The notes below the pieces were generated by a model. That model saw only the letters and a list, made by a program, of their open reading frames with translations. It searched no databases and was not told the origin of the DNA. A DNA stretch of 58,015 nucleotides, from positions 1-58,015 of IMG/VR virus record IMGVR_UViG_3300032241_001687; one strand, written 5' to 3'. The translations under genes were made by a program, and so were the position numbers. This DNA comes from a virus. Taxonomy: Duplodnaviria > Caudoviricetes. Each line of letters starts with the position of its first letter. The first letter of the stretch is position 1. Of this stretch, positions 20,018-30,464 are shown piece after piece.

Positions 20018-22741
20018 TTATCCTAATGCTGGTACTTGAAATTGAGATTCAGTAGGAGATGAGTGATGTGAACTCAACTGACTTCCTGAATATCCTGAAC
20101 TTTGATATCTATAATCATTTGTTCTTAATTCAAGTCTATAATAATAGTTAGTTGTACCGTAACCAAATGATTGTAATTCAGCTACGTTTCCTTGTGCATC
20201 ATTTAACATTCTTGGTAATTGAAATACAATTTGTGTACTTTCTTCAATGTTGTTAGCAGATGCGTTTGAATAAGTGTTTGCAGACGTAAATCCCATAGAA
20301 GAACAACCATTGTTATTAGAACCTGCAACTAAAACAAATCCATTATTTGTTAATACGTGTGTTCTGTGGTTATCAGCAGAAGAATGACCTCCAATAAATT
20401 TTACGTCAAGTAAGTTATAGTTATTTGATCTAAGTCTCCATAGTGGTGTTACTACAGACGATCTATCAGTTGTAGAGTTATCACCTAGTTGACCATTTAC
20501 ATTTCTTCCAGCAGCAGTAATTGCTCCATTAATATCTTGCATAAAAATACTATGATATTGACCATTACCAGTAAACCACATATTTGTTGAAGTATTACTT
20601 GCCGCTGCACCTGGGCCACTGCCCATTTGTGTAAATGTAGATAAGTTTGTTGTATTACCATTACCCATCCAACCATAACCATTATAACCAGTTGTAAATA
20701 TTTTACCTTTATCTGTTAAAATTGCTGTTCTTCCATAATTAGTATATTGATCACATAATAATTTTGCAATTGCACCATTTGTTGCAGCAGTAAATGTTGG
20801 AGTTGTAATTTGTGTTGGAACGTTAATAGGAGTTGTTGTATTTCCTAATCCCAATTGACCATAAGTATTTTCACCCCAAGCATATAAGTTACCTGCAGAA
20901 TCTAAAGCATGACATGATACGTTTGCAGCACCTGTACACCAAAAAGCAACAATAGCATTATTGTTAAAATAAGTTGCTTTAGGAATAATTGTAGGTTTTT
21001 GTAATTGAGTTGTAGTGTTATTGCCCAATGAACCAGATGAATTGTTTCCCCATGCCCATAAGTTTCCGCTGTCATCTAAAGCATAACAACTATGAGTACC
21101 AGAATCATCGGCATTTTTATTTGAAATCCAACATTTTACAATTCTAGTATTTAATAAAGCGTGTGTAGAAGCGTTGTTTCCTGCATATACGTTAGCATAA
21201 GAACCGCCAACACGTACAGGATAGTTTTGAGTAGCAGTACCGTCGTTTCCGCCTTCACCTTCTGTACCTTGACCCCAATGGTATAATTCTCCATTATTAA
21301 ATAATGCCATTCCGGAGTTATAACCAGTTTCTAATTGAATACATTTTGGAATTTGGTTATCTGGAGTTGAATGTACACCTGTTCCACCATTATCTGTACT
21401 TCTATACCAATCTAAAAAATGAAACACCATGTTTGTTGCAACACCTGAATCACTTACTGCTCCATTATTTGAACCAGCACCCCATGTTTTAATTCCACCT
21501 GATCCATCAATAAATGTAGCATAGTTAACACATTCTCTACCTGCATAGTGACCATACTTTCTATAATATCTATTATATTCTCCTATAACACCATCTCTAT
21601 TTGCTAATGCAATACAATCTTTATTATTTCCTGAATACATTGAAGTTTGACCTTTAACATATTTTCCTATAGAAGCAACTTGGAATGTAATCGCAGGAGC
21701 ACCACCAGCACCTAACTGTGCATCTGTAATTGTAAGTGTATCTCCTACAACATAACCAGAACCAGGATAATCAACAATAATTTTATTAACTGTTCCACCA
21801 GAAGTTATAACTACGTTAAATATTGCACCAGAACCAGTTCCACCGGAAGCTGTACAACCTAAATAATTTCCTACAGTTCGTAAAGCATTTGCAGCACTAA
21901 ATGTACCTACAGTTAAAATATCTCCATAATTTGTAAAAGATGTATCATCATAATCAATTTCAGATTCTAATAATTGCCATTTTGAAGCAACACTTTGATT
22001 ATAAGGTAAAGTAGCGTCAAGACCTGCATTAGTATGAGTTTGTATGCAAATATAATATGCATCAGTAGTTACATATTGTCCTGTAATATAATTTGAATTA
22101 TTATTGTTTACTCTTACAGAAACGTAAACAACATCTCCTACGTTATAAGTTTGACCTGAATTATTAAATGTTCCTCTAAATGTAGTAGCATTTGTAATTG
22201 TTCTCCAATAAGGTAAAGAAGAAGTTGTTATTGAACTACCATAAGTACCACCTCCTGCATAAGAAAAATAATATAATGTTGTAGGTGTTAAGTTATCAGT
22301 TTGTAATTCTATTCTTCTTGCAGTTGCTGCGTTAAAAGTTGTAACGTTTTGAAATGTTGCAGCAGTTACGCTTACGTTATTTAAAAAATATGATACACCA
22401 GTTGTGTATAAATTTGATGTTTGACTAGTTCCAGTTGTTGCAAATTGCAATACTTGATTATTATTAGTAGTGCTATTTAAATTAAATATATATTTGTCGC
22501 CTCTGTTTAATGATAAAACAGGTTGAGCAACACCATCAATGTTAAATACGCTTGATACTGTGGTTACTATTGAGTTTATAATTTTAGGTGCAATAGGTGT
22601 TTGTGCTGTATTTGCAGCAATAGCAACGTAATCAACATTGTTATATGTTGCAACATCATCAACAATATATGATGTACCTGAATTCCAAGTCCCTTTATAT
22701 CTAAAATTTATATTACCTAAGGTTGTTGTTGTGATAGCCAT
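20018..22741 (-). CDS. RCC1-like beta-propeller virion/fibre protein (907 aa)
   Basis: Repeats LWAWGNNSSGSLG and LYAWGENTYGQLGLG; N-terminal LGNINFRYKGTW motif. Confidence 0.72.
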   Translation of the reverse strand: MAITTTTLGNINFRYKGTWNSGTSYIVDDVATYNNVDYVAIAANTAQTPIAPKIINSIVTTVSSVFNIDGVAQPVLSLNRGDKYIFNLNSTTNNNQVLQFATTGTSQTSNLYTTGVSYFLNNVSVTAATFQNVTTFNAATARRIELQTDNLTPTTLYYFSYAGGGTYGSSITTSSLPYWRTITNATTFRGTFNNSGQTYNVGDVVYVSVRVNNNNSNYITGQYVTTDAYYICIQTHTNAGLDATLPYNQSVASKWQLLESEIDYDDTSFTNYGDILTVGTFSAANALRTVGNYLGCTASGGTGSGAIFNVVITSGGTVNKIIVDYPGSGYVVGDTLTITDAQLGAGGAPAITFQVASIGKYVKGQTSMYSGNNKDCIALANRDGVIGEYNRYYRKYGHYAGRECVNYATFIDGSGGIKTWGAGSNNGAVSDSGVATNMVFHFLDWYRSTDNGGTGVHSTPDNQIPKCIQLETGYNSGMALFNNGELYHWGQGTEGEGGNDGTATQNYPVRVGGSYANVYAGNNASTHALLNTRIVKCWISNKNADDSGTHSCYALDDSGNLWAWGNNSSGSLGNNTTTQLQKPTIIPKATYFNNNAIVAFWCTGAANVSCHALDSAGNLYAWGENTYGQLGLGNTTTPINVPTQITTPTFTAATNGAIAKLLCDQYTNYGRTAILTDKGKIFTTGYNGYGWMGNGNTTNLSTFTQMGSGPGAAASNTSTNMWFTGNGQYHSIFMQDINGAITAAGRNVNGQLGDNSTTDRSSVVTPLWRLRSNNYNLLDVKFIGGHSSADNHRTHVLTNNGFVLVAGSNNNGCSSMGFTSANTYSNASANNIEESTQIVFQLPRMLNDAQGNVAELQSFGYGTTNYYYRLELRTNDYRYQSSGYSGSQLSSHHSSPTESQFQVPALG

Positions 22742-22754
22742 AATATTTCTTTAT

Positions 22755-22762
22755 TATTTATA
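22755..22762 (-). promoter_or_regulatory. T4-type late promoter TATAAATA
   Basis: Exact intergenic match upstream of 22741. Confidence 0.7.
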
Positions 22763-22770
22763 ATCCATTA

Positions 22771-25700
22771 TTAAGGTGTATATGTTAATATTAATCTTCC
22801 GCTTGAATTTATACTCATTGATACTTCATTATTTACCAACATGTGAGATAACACACCAGTATTCACAATTGGATCTAATGATACTGATTGAGAACCAGCA
22901 TTATAGTTTGTATATAATGCAGAAGTAAGTGAAGCAGTATTTAAAGTAGATTGTCCTGTAATATTATTATCAGTATTAATACTAATAAGTTGTAAAGTAT
23001 CAGCATCACCTGCATCTACATATGTTTTAGGTGTAAGATCAGTTAAACTTGAAGGTGTATAAGAAGCTTGTATTTTTGTTCCTAATACAATTGCTGAACT
23101 ATCAGTTGTAGTTATTGCAGAATTGCTAATTGATATGTTAGATATAGTTGCAGTATTAACTGTTAAACTATTTTTACCACTACCTAATTGTGTATCAACA
23201 TATGTTTTAACAGCACCTTGCGTTGGCAATTTACTATTTGATGCACCTGATAAAGTACTATCAGAAGAAAATTCTGTAATTGTACTAGAAAAACCTGATA
23301 TCGGTGTTAATGAAATACTTGATAATCCTGCAAGTGAGAAATATTGAGAAGATAAAGTAGCTATACCTGTTGCTTGTTGTACGACAAACAAGTTACCTAC
23401 GTTAAAATTACCGTCTTGGTCAGTACTTGTAAAAAATACTCTTCCTAAATTTTGATTTACAGTTTGATTACTAGAATTTGCTGATTGTGTAGGAGTACCT
23501 GGATAATTTGTGGTTGATATACCTCCAGTACCAATACTTAAAAAATCATGTCCTGTTAATCTAACGTTTGAGTAATTTTTTCTAAATGTAGCAACTGTTC
23601 CTTGTGTAGGAGCATTTGCAGTTGTAATATTTGGATAAACTCTTAAAGTTGCATTTCCACTTCCTAAATCTGTAACTGTAACTATATAATAATTTGTTAC
23701 ACTATCGTTTGCAAATTGAAAAGAATTACCTGCAATTGGAAGACTTGAATAACTACTTACATTAACGTATGAACCTATAGGTAATATTTCTGCATAACCA
23801 TTTCCTGAAATTGTTGCAGCAGCAGAAGTTTGAATCCAACCAGTACCTACGTTTGAAATTGTCCAATAACGAATAACACCATTTGCTTGAATAGGAGAAG
23901 CAGTAGCTAAAACTGAAGCATTAGGATCTGTAATTGTAATAGTTGGAGATCCAGAATATCCTGTACCAGTATCTGTAATATAATAAGCTACAATTGTACC
24001 ACTTTGTACAACTGCTCTTGCAAAAGCTTGATTTGTATATGTTCCACCAACAATTTGAACTCTAGGTTCAATTTCATATTTTGTTGTTGAATCTAAAGTA
24101 GTTGAAGGAGTTACTGTAGGCCCAAATACGTTCCAACCCGCAGAACCAGTTTCTGTAACAACTGTAGCAATTTTTGTTCCTGCGTTGTATGTAGAAATAA
24201 TTCCTGTTTGACCAGAACCTGTTCCATCTGTAATAGTAATTCTCATACCATTGTATGATGATGTTGCAGCAGAATCTGATGCAGATAAAGTAATTTGTGT
24301 AGAAGTTCCAGTTTGTGCATAACCTGTTTTATAAATGTGTCCAACGCCACCTGTAAGAGCAGTAATTGTTGTTATACCACCATTTGCAAATGTAGGAGAT
24401 GCAATTACTCCAGAACCTGTTCCTGAAAAAGTAATAGAGGCAGATGAATAACTTATACCTGCATATTGTTGTTCAACTCTATATACTCCTGCTTGAGAAA
24501 TTAAAACTCTTCCAACTTGTGCTTGATTGTTTCTGTTATTAACAGTTGCAGTATAAGGAGTTTCAGTAGAATCATATCCTGACGCTAAAGAACCATAGTC
24601 TCCGTATGAGTTATTACCATTTGTTGCTCTAATTTTTGCACCTGAATCAGCAAGATAACCAATGTGAGCATAATAAGTAAATACAGAAACTAATTCTGTT
24701 TTACCTCTGTTTAAACACCATACACCAATACCTGAATCAATTACTTGTGTAAAATCGTTTGCAACAACAGTTGAATATCCACCACTTTGAACACTTCCAT
24801 CTACTTTTAATCCTACTGCTCTAGTTCCAAATGTTGAAACGTTTTGAATGTAGGGTGATTTAGATGAAATAGAACCTGCAGGATCTAATGCACAAAATAT
24901 ACCACCTGTTACTCTTGTTAAACCGTAAGTATCAGCAGAAGTTGCTGTTCCTACCATATTTTGTAAAGTAGCATTTCTTAAACTACAACCATTGTTTAAT
25001 AAAAACATTGTTGATTGATTATTTGAAGTAACTCCATCTTTTGAAATACCTACACCATAACCTTTATTATTTGTAGTATCTGGACTTATTCTTGTACTTC
25101 TTAAATCTTCACCAACAATTGCCCAGTTTGCAGGAATTTTAATAGGTAATAATTCAGTAAAACTACCAGCAGTAACTCTAATTGTACCTGTTCCACCTAG
25201 TGCTAAAGCTTGTGTAGCTGCGTATTGAATTGTTAAATAAGCTGTTTCTCTTGATGTACCATAACCCGCTGCATCTGTTCCGTTTGGTGATACCCAAATT
25301 ACGTTAGTAGTACCAATATCAAAACTCCAAACAGGATCTGTTCCGTTAGACTTTAATTTTGCATTTGCAGCACCAATAGGTAAAGCAACATTTGTTAATG
25401 ATGAACGTGTTAATAAATCTCCACGATTTGTTAATACTGAATTTGAATCTCCTTGTGCAACTAATGACCAATAAGTAGCAGATACATCTAAATCAGGTCT
25501 TGTTGTTGTATTATTTCCAACATGTTGAATATTTGCTCTATAAGTTGAAGAAGAATATCTTACAGTATCTCCCGGATAATATGTTGTACCATTTGTCCAA
25601 CCTGAAGAAATAAAATTAAATGCAGTTACTAATAATTGCCAGTTACTATCACCAGAAGCTGCAGGAGGTGTATTTGCAGCAACGTTTGCCAAAGCAACAT

Positions 25701-26442
25701 AAACGTTACCTCCATAAGAAATTACTTGACCTATTTTATAAGTGCTTGAATTGTTCCATCTTCCAGCATTTGAATAACCAGTTGTAAATATTGCCCAATT
25801 ACCTGAATTTGTAGGTGGTACAGAATTTGTATTTGTAGTAATAGCATTATACAAATAACCACCATAACTTACAGTATCACCTGGATCGTATTGAGTAGAA
25901 GAACTCCATGTATTTACATAATCTAATCCTGCAACAAATAAAGCAAATTTTGTTAAGTCAATTGAATTTGTAGAAGACGTAAATGGTAAGGCACTTGTAC
26001 AAATATAAAGAGAAGGTCCATATTTTACTACATCGTTTAATTTATAAGTTGCACCATTTGTATATCCTCCTGAAATATAATTAAATCCTGGAACGTAAAC
26101 ATTAAATTTTGTTGGATCAAATGTTGAAGTAGAAAAATGTGATGTAGTACAAATGTAAGAAATTCCTCCATAAGTAACTATATCATTTAATTTATAAAAA
26201 AATGAAGTTGTACCGTCGCCTGCTGTCCATGAACCTTTATAATCGGTTCCTGAAGTCATTATTGACCACAATGGAGTTGACGCATTTAAATCGGTATAAA
26301 AATTTGCTGAAGCTGTGTGATTGACTAAACAAGTATAAGATTGTCCACCATATTTTACAACGTCATCTTTAATATATGCTGTGCCGGTTACCCATGAACC
26401 TTGAAACTGGAACTTTATACGACCTAAAATAAAATCTGCCAT
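22771..26442 (-). CDS. Large virion protein with CBM5/12-like repeats and a pectin-lyase-like beta-helix (tailspike-like, 1223 aa)
   Basis: About seven W...T.Y...D.V.YGG..Y.C repeats, then VIWVSPNGTD...AYLTIQYA...IRVTAGSFTE, typical of the start of a right-handed beta-helix. Confidence 0.68.
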   Translation of the reverse strand: MADFILGRIKFQFQGSWVTGTAYIKDDVVKYGGQSYTCLVNHTASANFYTDLNASTPLWSIMTSGTDYKGSWTAGDGTTSFFYKLNDIVTYGGISYICTTSHFSTSTFDPTKFNVYVPGFNYISGGYTNGATYKLNDVVKYGPSLYICTSALPFTSSTNSIDLTKFALFVAGLDYVNTWSSSTQYDPGDTVSYGGYLYNAITTNTNSVPPTNSGNWAIFTTGYSNAGRWNNSSTYKIGQVISYGGNVYVALANVAANTPPAASGDSNWQLLVTAFNFISSGWTNGTTYYPGDTVRYSSSTYRANIQHVGNNTTTRPDLDVSATYWSLVAQGDSNSVLTNRGDLLTRSSLTNVALPIGAANAKLKSNGTDPVWSFDIGTTNVIWVSPNGTDAAGYGTSRETAYLTIQYAATQALALGGTGTIRVTAGSFTELLPIKIPANWAIVGEDLRSTRISPDTTNNKGYGVGISKDGVTSNNQSTMFLLNNGCSLRNATLQNMVGTATSADTYGLTRVTGGIFCALDPAGSISSKSPYIQNVSTFGTRAVGLKVDGSVQSGGYSTVVANDFTQVIDSGIGVWCLNRGKTELVSVFTYYAHIGYLADSGAKIRATNGNNSYGDYGSLASGYDSTETPYTATVNNRNNQAQVGRVLISQAGVYRVEQQYAGISYSSASITFSGTGSGVIASPTFANGGITTITALTGGVGHIYKTGYAQTGTSTQITLSASDSAATSSYNGMRITITDGTGSGQTGIISTYNAGTKIATVVTETGSAGWNVFGPTVTPSTTLDSTTKYEIEPRVQIVGGTYTNQAFARAVVQSGTIVAYYITDTGTGYSGSPTITITDPNASVLATASPIQANGVIRYWTISNVGTGWIQTSAAATISGNGYAEILPIGSYVNVSSYSSLPIAGNSFQFANDSVTNYYIVTVTDLGSGNATLRVYPNITTANAPTQGTVATFRKNYSNVRLTGHDFLSIGTGGISTTNYPGTPTQSANSSNQTVNQNLGRVFFTSTDQDGNFNVGNLFVVQQATGIATLSSQYFSLAGLSSISLTPISGFSSTITEFSSDSTLSGASNSKLPTQGAVKTYVDTQLGSGKNSLTVNTATISNISISNSAITTTDSSAIVLGTKIQASYTPSSLTDLTPKTYVDAGDADTLQLISINTDNNITGQSTLNTASLTSALYTNYNAGSQSVSLDPIVNTGVLSHMLVNNEVSMSINSSGRLILTYTP

Positions 26443-26456
26443 TTATTCTCTCTATG

Positions 26457-26888
26457 TTATAATGGTGTTACAGTAGTTTGCCAATTTCCTGTAACTCCAT
26501 TTTGTGTAACTGCATAAGGATAACTTTTGTCAAACCTTGCAACTAAAAATCCATTATTGTCAATATAGTACGTTACTTTTCTATGATCAATTTTTACTTG
26601 ATCATTAAATCGAGAATTGTAATTGTACTGTCTTACATCATTATCTTCACTTACACCTTTTTGTGTATCATTAATTAAAGTTTGTCCATCTGTAGCAAAT
26701 CCACTTTCAATTTGATCTAATGAATAAGCAAAACCAGAACCATCACTTAAATTTATACTACCTTCATCACCATAAAAATTTACTTTTGAATAATACAAAA
26801 TTCCTGTATTATCTTTTCTTAAAGTATGTATAGCTGACTCGTTATTATATCCTGTTGCTGTTTTTGATTTATTAACTAAGTAAGCCAT
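26457..26888 (-). CDS. Hypothetical virion-module protein (143 aa)
   Basis: ORF directly downstream of tandem late promoters; YYIDNNGFLVAR motif. Function unknown. Confidence 0.55.
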   Translation of the reverse strand: MAYLVNKSKTATGYNNESAIHTLRKDNTGILYYSKVNFYGDEGSINLSDGSGFAYSLDQIESGFATDGQTLINDTQKGVSEDNDVRQYNYNSRFNDQVKIDHRKVTYYIDNNGFLVARFDKSYPYAVTQNGVTGNWQTTVTPL

Positions 26889-26904
26889 TAATTATTTTCC
26901 TAAT

Positions 26905-26921
26905 TATTTATACTATTTATA
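26905..26921 (-). promoter_or_regulatory. Two tandem late promoters TATAAATA
   Basis: Exact matches at 26905-26912 and 26914-26921. Confidence 0.7.
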
Positions 26922-26928
26922 AAAAATA

Positions 26929-27258
26929 TTATGTTATTTGTAATATACTCAGATATACACTTCCACCTGCAACGTCTGCCCACACTCTTATTGTATCGTT
27001 TGCTTGTAAATTTATTGGTTTATCTAAAACTAACGTATTTTGCGCCTGAACTTCTAAATTATTACCTATATAATAATAAGTACTACCACCCGCAACAGTA
27101 ACTGCAATATTTACATGTAAAAATAATGTCTCATTTGTATTAGAAACATATAAAGCATGTATTACCGATGATGTATTTGCAGGTACAGTGTAAATATTTG
27201 CACTACTATCATTTGTAGTTCCTAGTGTCTGTGCTGCACTTGTAAATGTACTTGCCAT
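26929..27258 (-). CDS. Small beta-rich virion protein (109 aa)
   Basis: Patterns IYTVPA, L.L.A.D.I.V and SILQI, common in small T4-like structural proteins. Confidence 0.55.
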   Translation of the reverse strand: MASTFTSAAQTLGTTNDSSANIYTVPANTSSVIHALYVSNTNETLFLHVNIAVTVAGGSTYYYIGNNLEVQAQNTLVLDKPINLQANDTIRVWADVAGGSVYLSILQIT

Positions 27259-27262
27259 AGTT

Positions 27263-27640
27263 TTAACCGAATATTATAGAATATGCTAAAGCATCTCCAT
27301 CAGTTGCTAACACTCCACTATCATTAGGTAATGATATTGTATTTGTTTTTGTAGGTTCAACAACAGTTAAATTTGTATGAAAAGCATTATCGTAATTTCC
27401 TTCAAATGTTATTACAGAACCATTTAACCAAAGATCATAAGAAGTTTTATTTCCATGAGATAAGACATCTTGAATTGTAACTGATCCTGCGCCTCCGATT
27501 TCTGTTATTACATCTTGTGATGATCTTGTATAAAATTTACCATCGGCAATGTTCATTGCCAATTCACCAACTTGTAAAGTTAATATATCAGGAACAGCAA
27601 ATTGTGTTTCTGAACGTTTAGGTTTAATTACCGTTGTCAT
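27263..27640 (-). CDS. Short fibre-associated protein with Mtd/hyaluronidase-type N-terminal module
   Basis: IKPKRS...P...L..GELAMNIADGKFY, then LTVVEPT...ISLP. Confidence 0.6.
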   Translation of the reverse strand: MTTVIKPKRSETQFAVPDILTLQVGELAMNIADGKFYTRSSQDVITEIGGAGSVTIQDVLSHGNKTSYDLWLNGSVITFEGNYDNAFHTNLTVVEPTKTNTISLPNDSGVLATDGDALAYSIIFG

Positions 27641-27646
27641 TATAAA

Positions 27647-27787
27647 TTACTTTCTAAAAATATTTTTTATTTTTTCAATAGTAGTAAAATTTTTTCTATC
27701 TTCTTTTTTTGCAACGCTATAACCAATTAAAAATGAACCGGTCATAACTGTTAAAATTGCTAAAATGTGCCAAATTAAAAAAGTCAT
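27647..27787 (-). CDS. Small single-pass membrane protein (46 aa), missed by the ORF track
   Basis: MTFLIWHILAILTVMTGSFLIGYSVAKKEDRKNFTTIEKIKNIFRK; the start is coupled to the upstream stop (TAATG) and it fills the intergenic gap. Confidence 0.65.
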   Translation of the reverse strand: MTFLIWHILAILTVMTGSFLIGYSVAKKEDRKNFTTIEKIKNIFRK

Positions 27788-29520
27788 TAATATGTTCCTC
27801 CGTCTATTGTTGTAATTGCTACTGAACCTGTTGTAACTGTAAAATTATCTGTTGGAAAAAATGCAACACCTAATGCACTACTTGTAGCAATATTTGCATT
27901 AATTGTTACATTGCCACTTGATATAGTAGGTGTAATTGCTGTTCCATCAGCAAATGTTAAAGTGCTATTTAAATTAGTTATATAAGAATGACTATGAGCA
28001 TCTGCAACTGTAAAATAAGGTGTAGATAATTTTGTATTATCAATACTACCTGCTAACATTGCATTTGTAATACCTAATGCTTTAACTCTTAAAGTATTAG
28101 AAAAACTTTCTATAGAACTATTATCTACTTGGACAGCAAGCGTATTTCCATTTTTAGTTAAACCATTTCCTGCAACAACTTCACCTGCACCTGAAAATTG
28201 TGTTACTGTTAATTCTGTAAAACCTATAGTTAAAGAACCAGTGTATGTAAATACATAACCATTTTTAGCATTTGAAGTTCCTTCAGATACAAAAACAAAA
28301 GAACCAGAAGTTAATTGAGCTGGAGTATTTGCATCTGTGGTTCTTGTTAACACCCATGGTGAAGAAACTGAACCAACACTTGTAACTGAGTAAACACCAT
28401 TATATGCATCTAATGCACCAGCAGCAGGTTCATCTTTTACTAATACTCTATCTCCTACTAAAACTGAAACTCCATCAATTACTAAAGTAGCATACGGAGA
28501 AGATTTTGTTATTGTAGCACCAACACCTGCAGTTCCATTATTATAAGTATATGTTCCTAAAGGTTGAGTTGTAGCAACTCTTGCAGCTTGCTTAATATTT
28601 AAACCTTGAGATACTTGATCAACGTAATCTTTTGTTGCTAAAGATAAAGAAGAAAATCCTGATCGATCTTTATAACCAGATGGAACTTTAATTGTTCCAG
28701 TACCGTTAGGTGATAAATTAATATCTCCATTTGTATTATTAGATTGAATTGTATTTCCAGATATTTCAATATTATTTACAATTAAATCTGTTAAACCTGC
28801 AAGTGTAGTAGAAGTAGATCCTAAACTTATAGAAGTAGAACCAATTGTAACTGATGAATTTTGTAATTTTGCATTTGTAACAGTAGAATCTGCTAACTGA
28901 GTAGTTCCAATAGAACCATTTTTAATAGCAAAATTAACGTTATTACCAGAAACGGTAGTTGAAATTTGATTACTTCCTACAAAATCTAAAGTGCTAGTTG
29001 TTGTAAAACTATTTGTTCCTGTATCACCTGCAATTGTAAATGTTGCAGGGACAGTTGCAAAAGATAAAACTCCATTACCATCAGTTATTAAAGTTTGTCC
29101 ATTTGTACCTGTTGTAGTAGGTAAAGTTAAAGTTACATTGTTAGATAAAGAAGAAGGTGCTTTAACTGTAACTGAATATGTTCCATTTAATGTTGCTTCA
29201 TTAAATTTAATTGCTCCACCTGTACTTGGACTATTTCCAACTATAAGTTGATCAATTGCTTTATTTGCATCAACTAAAATAGCACTTGATGCTGAAAGTG
29301 TTCCAGGAGTTGCACCTAAAAGACCTGTAAAATATTTACCTCCAATAGCAACTTGTTGCGATGCATTTCCGTTTCCATCTACTGGGCCTATACCTATAAA
29401 AAGTCTATCTCCTAATGTGTTGTACGTTCCTGCAGCATATGAATACGAAAGTTCTCCGATTTTTGCTGTTGCCGGGGTACCTACACCACTTGAGGTTTTA
29501 ATTTTAATTATAGTTGCCAT
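27787..29520 (-). CDS. Tail-fibre-like virion protein (577 aa)
   Basis: GELSYS N-terminal module, TLPTTTGTNGQTLITDGNGVLSF, an ATKDYVD..QGL.IKQAARVATT and GDRVLVKD domain, and C-terminal IDGGTY. Confidence 0.72.
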   Translation of the reverse strand: MATIIKIKTSSGVGTPATAKIGELSYSYAAGTYNTLGDRLFIGIGPVDGNGNASQQVAIGGKYFTGLLGATPGTLSASSAILVDANKAIDQLIVGNSPSTGGAIKFNEATLNGTYSVTVKAPSSLSNNVTLTLPTTTGTNGQTLITDGNGVLSFATVPATFTIAGDTGTNSFTTTSTLDFVGSNQISTTVSGNNVNFAIKNGSIGTTQLADSTVTNAKLQNSSVTIGSTSISLGSTSTTLAGLTDLIVNNIEISGNTIQSNNTNGDINLSPNGTGTIKVPSGYKDRSGFSSLSLATKDYVDQVSQGLNIKQAARVATTQPLGTYTYNNGTAGVGATITKSSPYATLVIDGVSVLVGDRVLVKDEPAAGALDAYNGVYSVTSVGSVSSPWVLTRTTDANTPAQLTSGSFVFVSEGTSNAKNGYVFTYTGSLTIGFTELTVTQFSGAGEVVAGNGLTKNGNTLAVQVDNSSIESFSNTLRVKALGITNAMLAGSIDNTKLSTPYFTVADAHSHSYITNLNSTLTFADGTAITPTISSGNVTINANIATSSALGVAFFPTDNFTVTTGSVAITTIDGGTY

Positions 29521-29523
29521 TTA

Positions 29524-29784
29524 TTAATACTCTCCTCCATTGAGTGTTAGATTTCCAGTAGTAGTAATAACATTAGTTGTAGTAAAAAATTTTTGATCGC
29601 TTGCTCTATATTGTAATATAGCGCCATCTGCGATACCAGAAATATCTACATCATTTAAAAGAGAAAGTTTTAATGCCGAATTTTGTGCAGTTAAATTATT
29701 TAAACTGCCTGTAGAAGGTAGTGTTACAGATACCTGTTGTGGTTGTAATGGACTTCCTTGAATATTTGCAACAATATAAGACAA
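29524..29784 (-). CDS. Small fibre-associated protein (86 aa)
   Basis: L.LLNDVD...DGAILQY fibre motif and an LNGGEY terminus. Confidence 0.6.
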   Translation of the reverse strand: MSYIVANIQGSPLQPQQVSVTLPSTGSLNNLTAQNSALKLSLLNDVDISGIADGAILQYRASDQKFFTTTNVITTTGNLTLNGGEY

Positions 29785-29806
29785 TGATTTCTCCCTATTT
29801 ACTGTA

Positions 29807-29814
29807 TATTTATA
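29807..29814 (-). promoter_or_regulatory. T4-type late promoter TATAAATA
   Basis: Exact intergenic match upstream of 29784. Confidence 0.7.
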
Positions 29815-29841
29815 ATATTTTTTAGTTTATATTATAATATA

Positions 29842-30177
29842 TTATGATGTACTTACTTGAGGTCTAACAGTCATTATTCCTTCAACAATTCTTGTTGATT
29901 GATTAAAGGAATCAGTTATTTTTACATCATATACATAACGTGCAGCGTCCAAAGCCGCAGTTTGTGAAGCAGTTAAAGAAAGAGAAACCATTCCCGTAGA
30001 AGTATTTATAGATGCGGTTATAGGTGTTTTAGTTGCAGTAGATGAATAACTTTTTGCCATATTAGCAGTAACAGTATATCCTGTTAGATTTAAAGCATTA
30101 CCTACTAAATCTTTTACTGAAATATCCGAGGAAAAAGTTGCACCTTGGTCAATATTTAAGTTTGCTATTGCACCCAT
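29842..30177 (-). CDS. Ig-like small virion protein (111 aa)
   Basis: Motifs ANLNIDQGATF, LSLTASQTAAL, RYVYDV and TRIVEG...V.P.V, as in T4-like cyanophage structural ORFs. Confidence 0.65.
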   Translation of the reverse strand: MGAIANLNIDQGATFSSDISVKDLVGNALNLTGYTVTANMAKSYSSTATKTPITASINTSTGMVSLSLTASQTAALDAARYVYDVKITDSFNQSTRIVEGIMTVRPQVSTS

Positions 30178-30185
30178 TTACTTAT

Positions 30186-30410
30186 TTATTTTTTTTCCGT
30201 TGTTTCTGTTTCTTGTACTATTGGTTGTTGATCTGCTAATTTTTCAACAATTTTTCCGTTATAGTATTCTGTCAATACATCAATTTTTTCAATCTCAATT
30301 ACTAATCGAGTTTTATTTTGTTGTATTTCTTGTCTAGCGATGATGTAATTTTTTAGTTCATCACTAAATTTTGTTTCATCGTAGTTTTGTCCGTTAATTG
30401 TAATTGCCAT
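30186..30410 (-). CDS. Small hypothetical coiled-coil protein (74 aa)
   Basis: Strong AAGGAG SD; ITINGQNYD N-terminus followed by a helical segment. Confidence 0.7.
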   Translation of the reverse strand: MAITINGQNYDETKFSDELKNYIIARQEIQQNKTRLVIEIEKIDVLTEYYNGKIVEKLADQQPIVQETETTEKK

Positions 30411-30432
30411 AATTATTCACTCCTTTTAAGTT

Positions 30433-30461
30433 ATTATACATTATTATATAAAAAATGTCAA
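30433..30461 (-). promoter_or_regulatory. Perfect sigma70-type promoter TTGACA-N17-TATAAT
   Basis: -35 at 30456-30461 and -10 at 30433-30438 with a 17-nt spacer, directly upstream of the SD of 30186..30410. Confidence 0.8.
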
Positions 30462-30464
30462 TCA

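Noticed and set aside
27985-28000. Single HSH motif in a fibre as an iron-binding site
   Set aside because: One isolated HxH, not the repeated series seen in iron-binding fibre tips; too weak to support.
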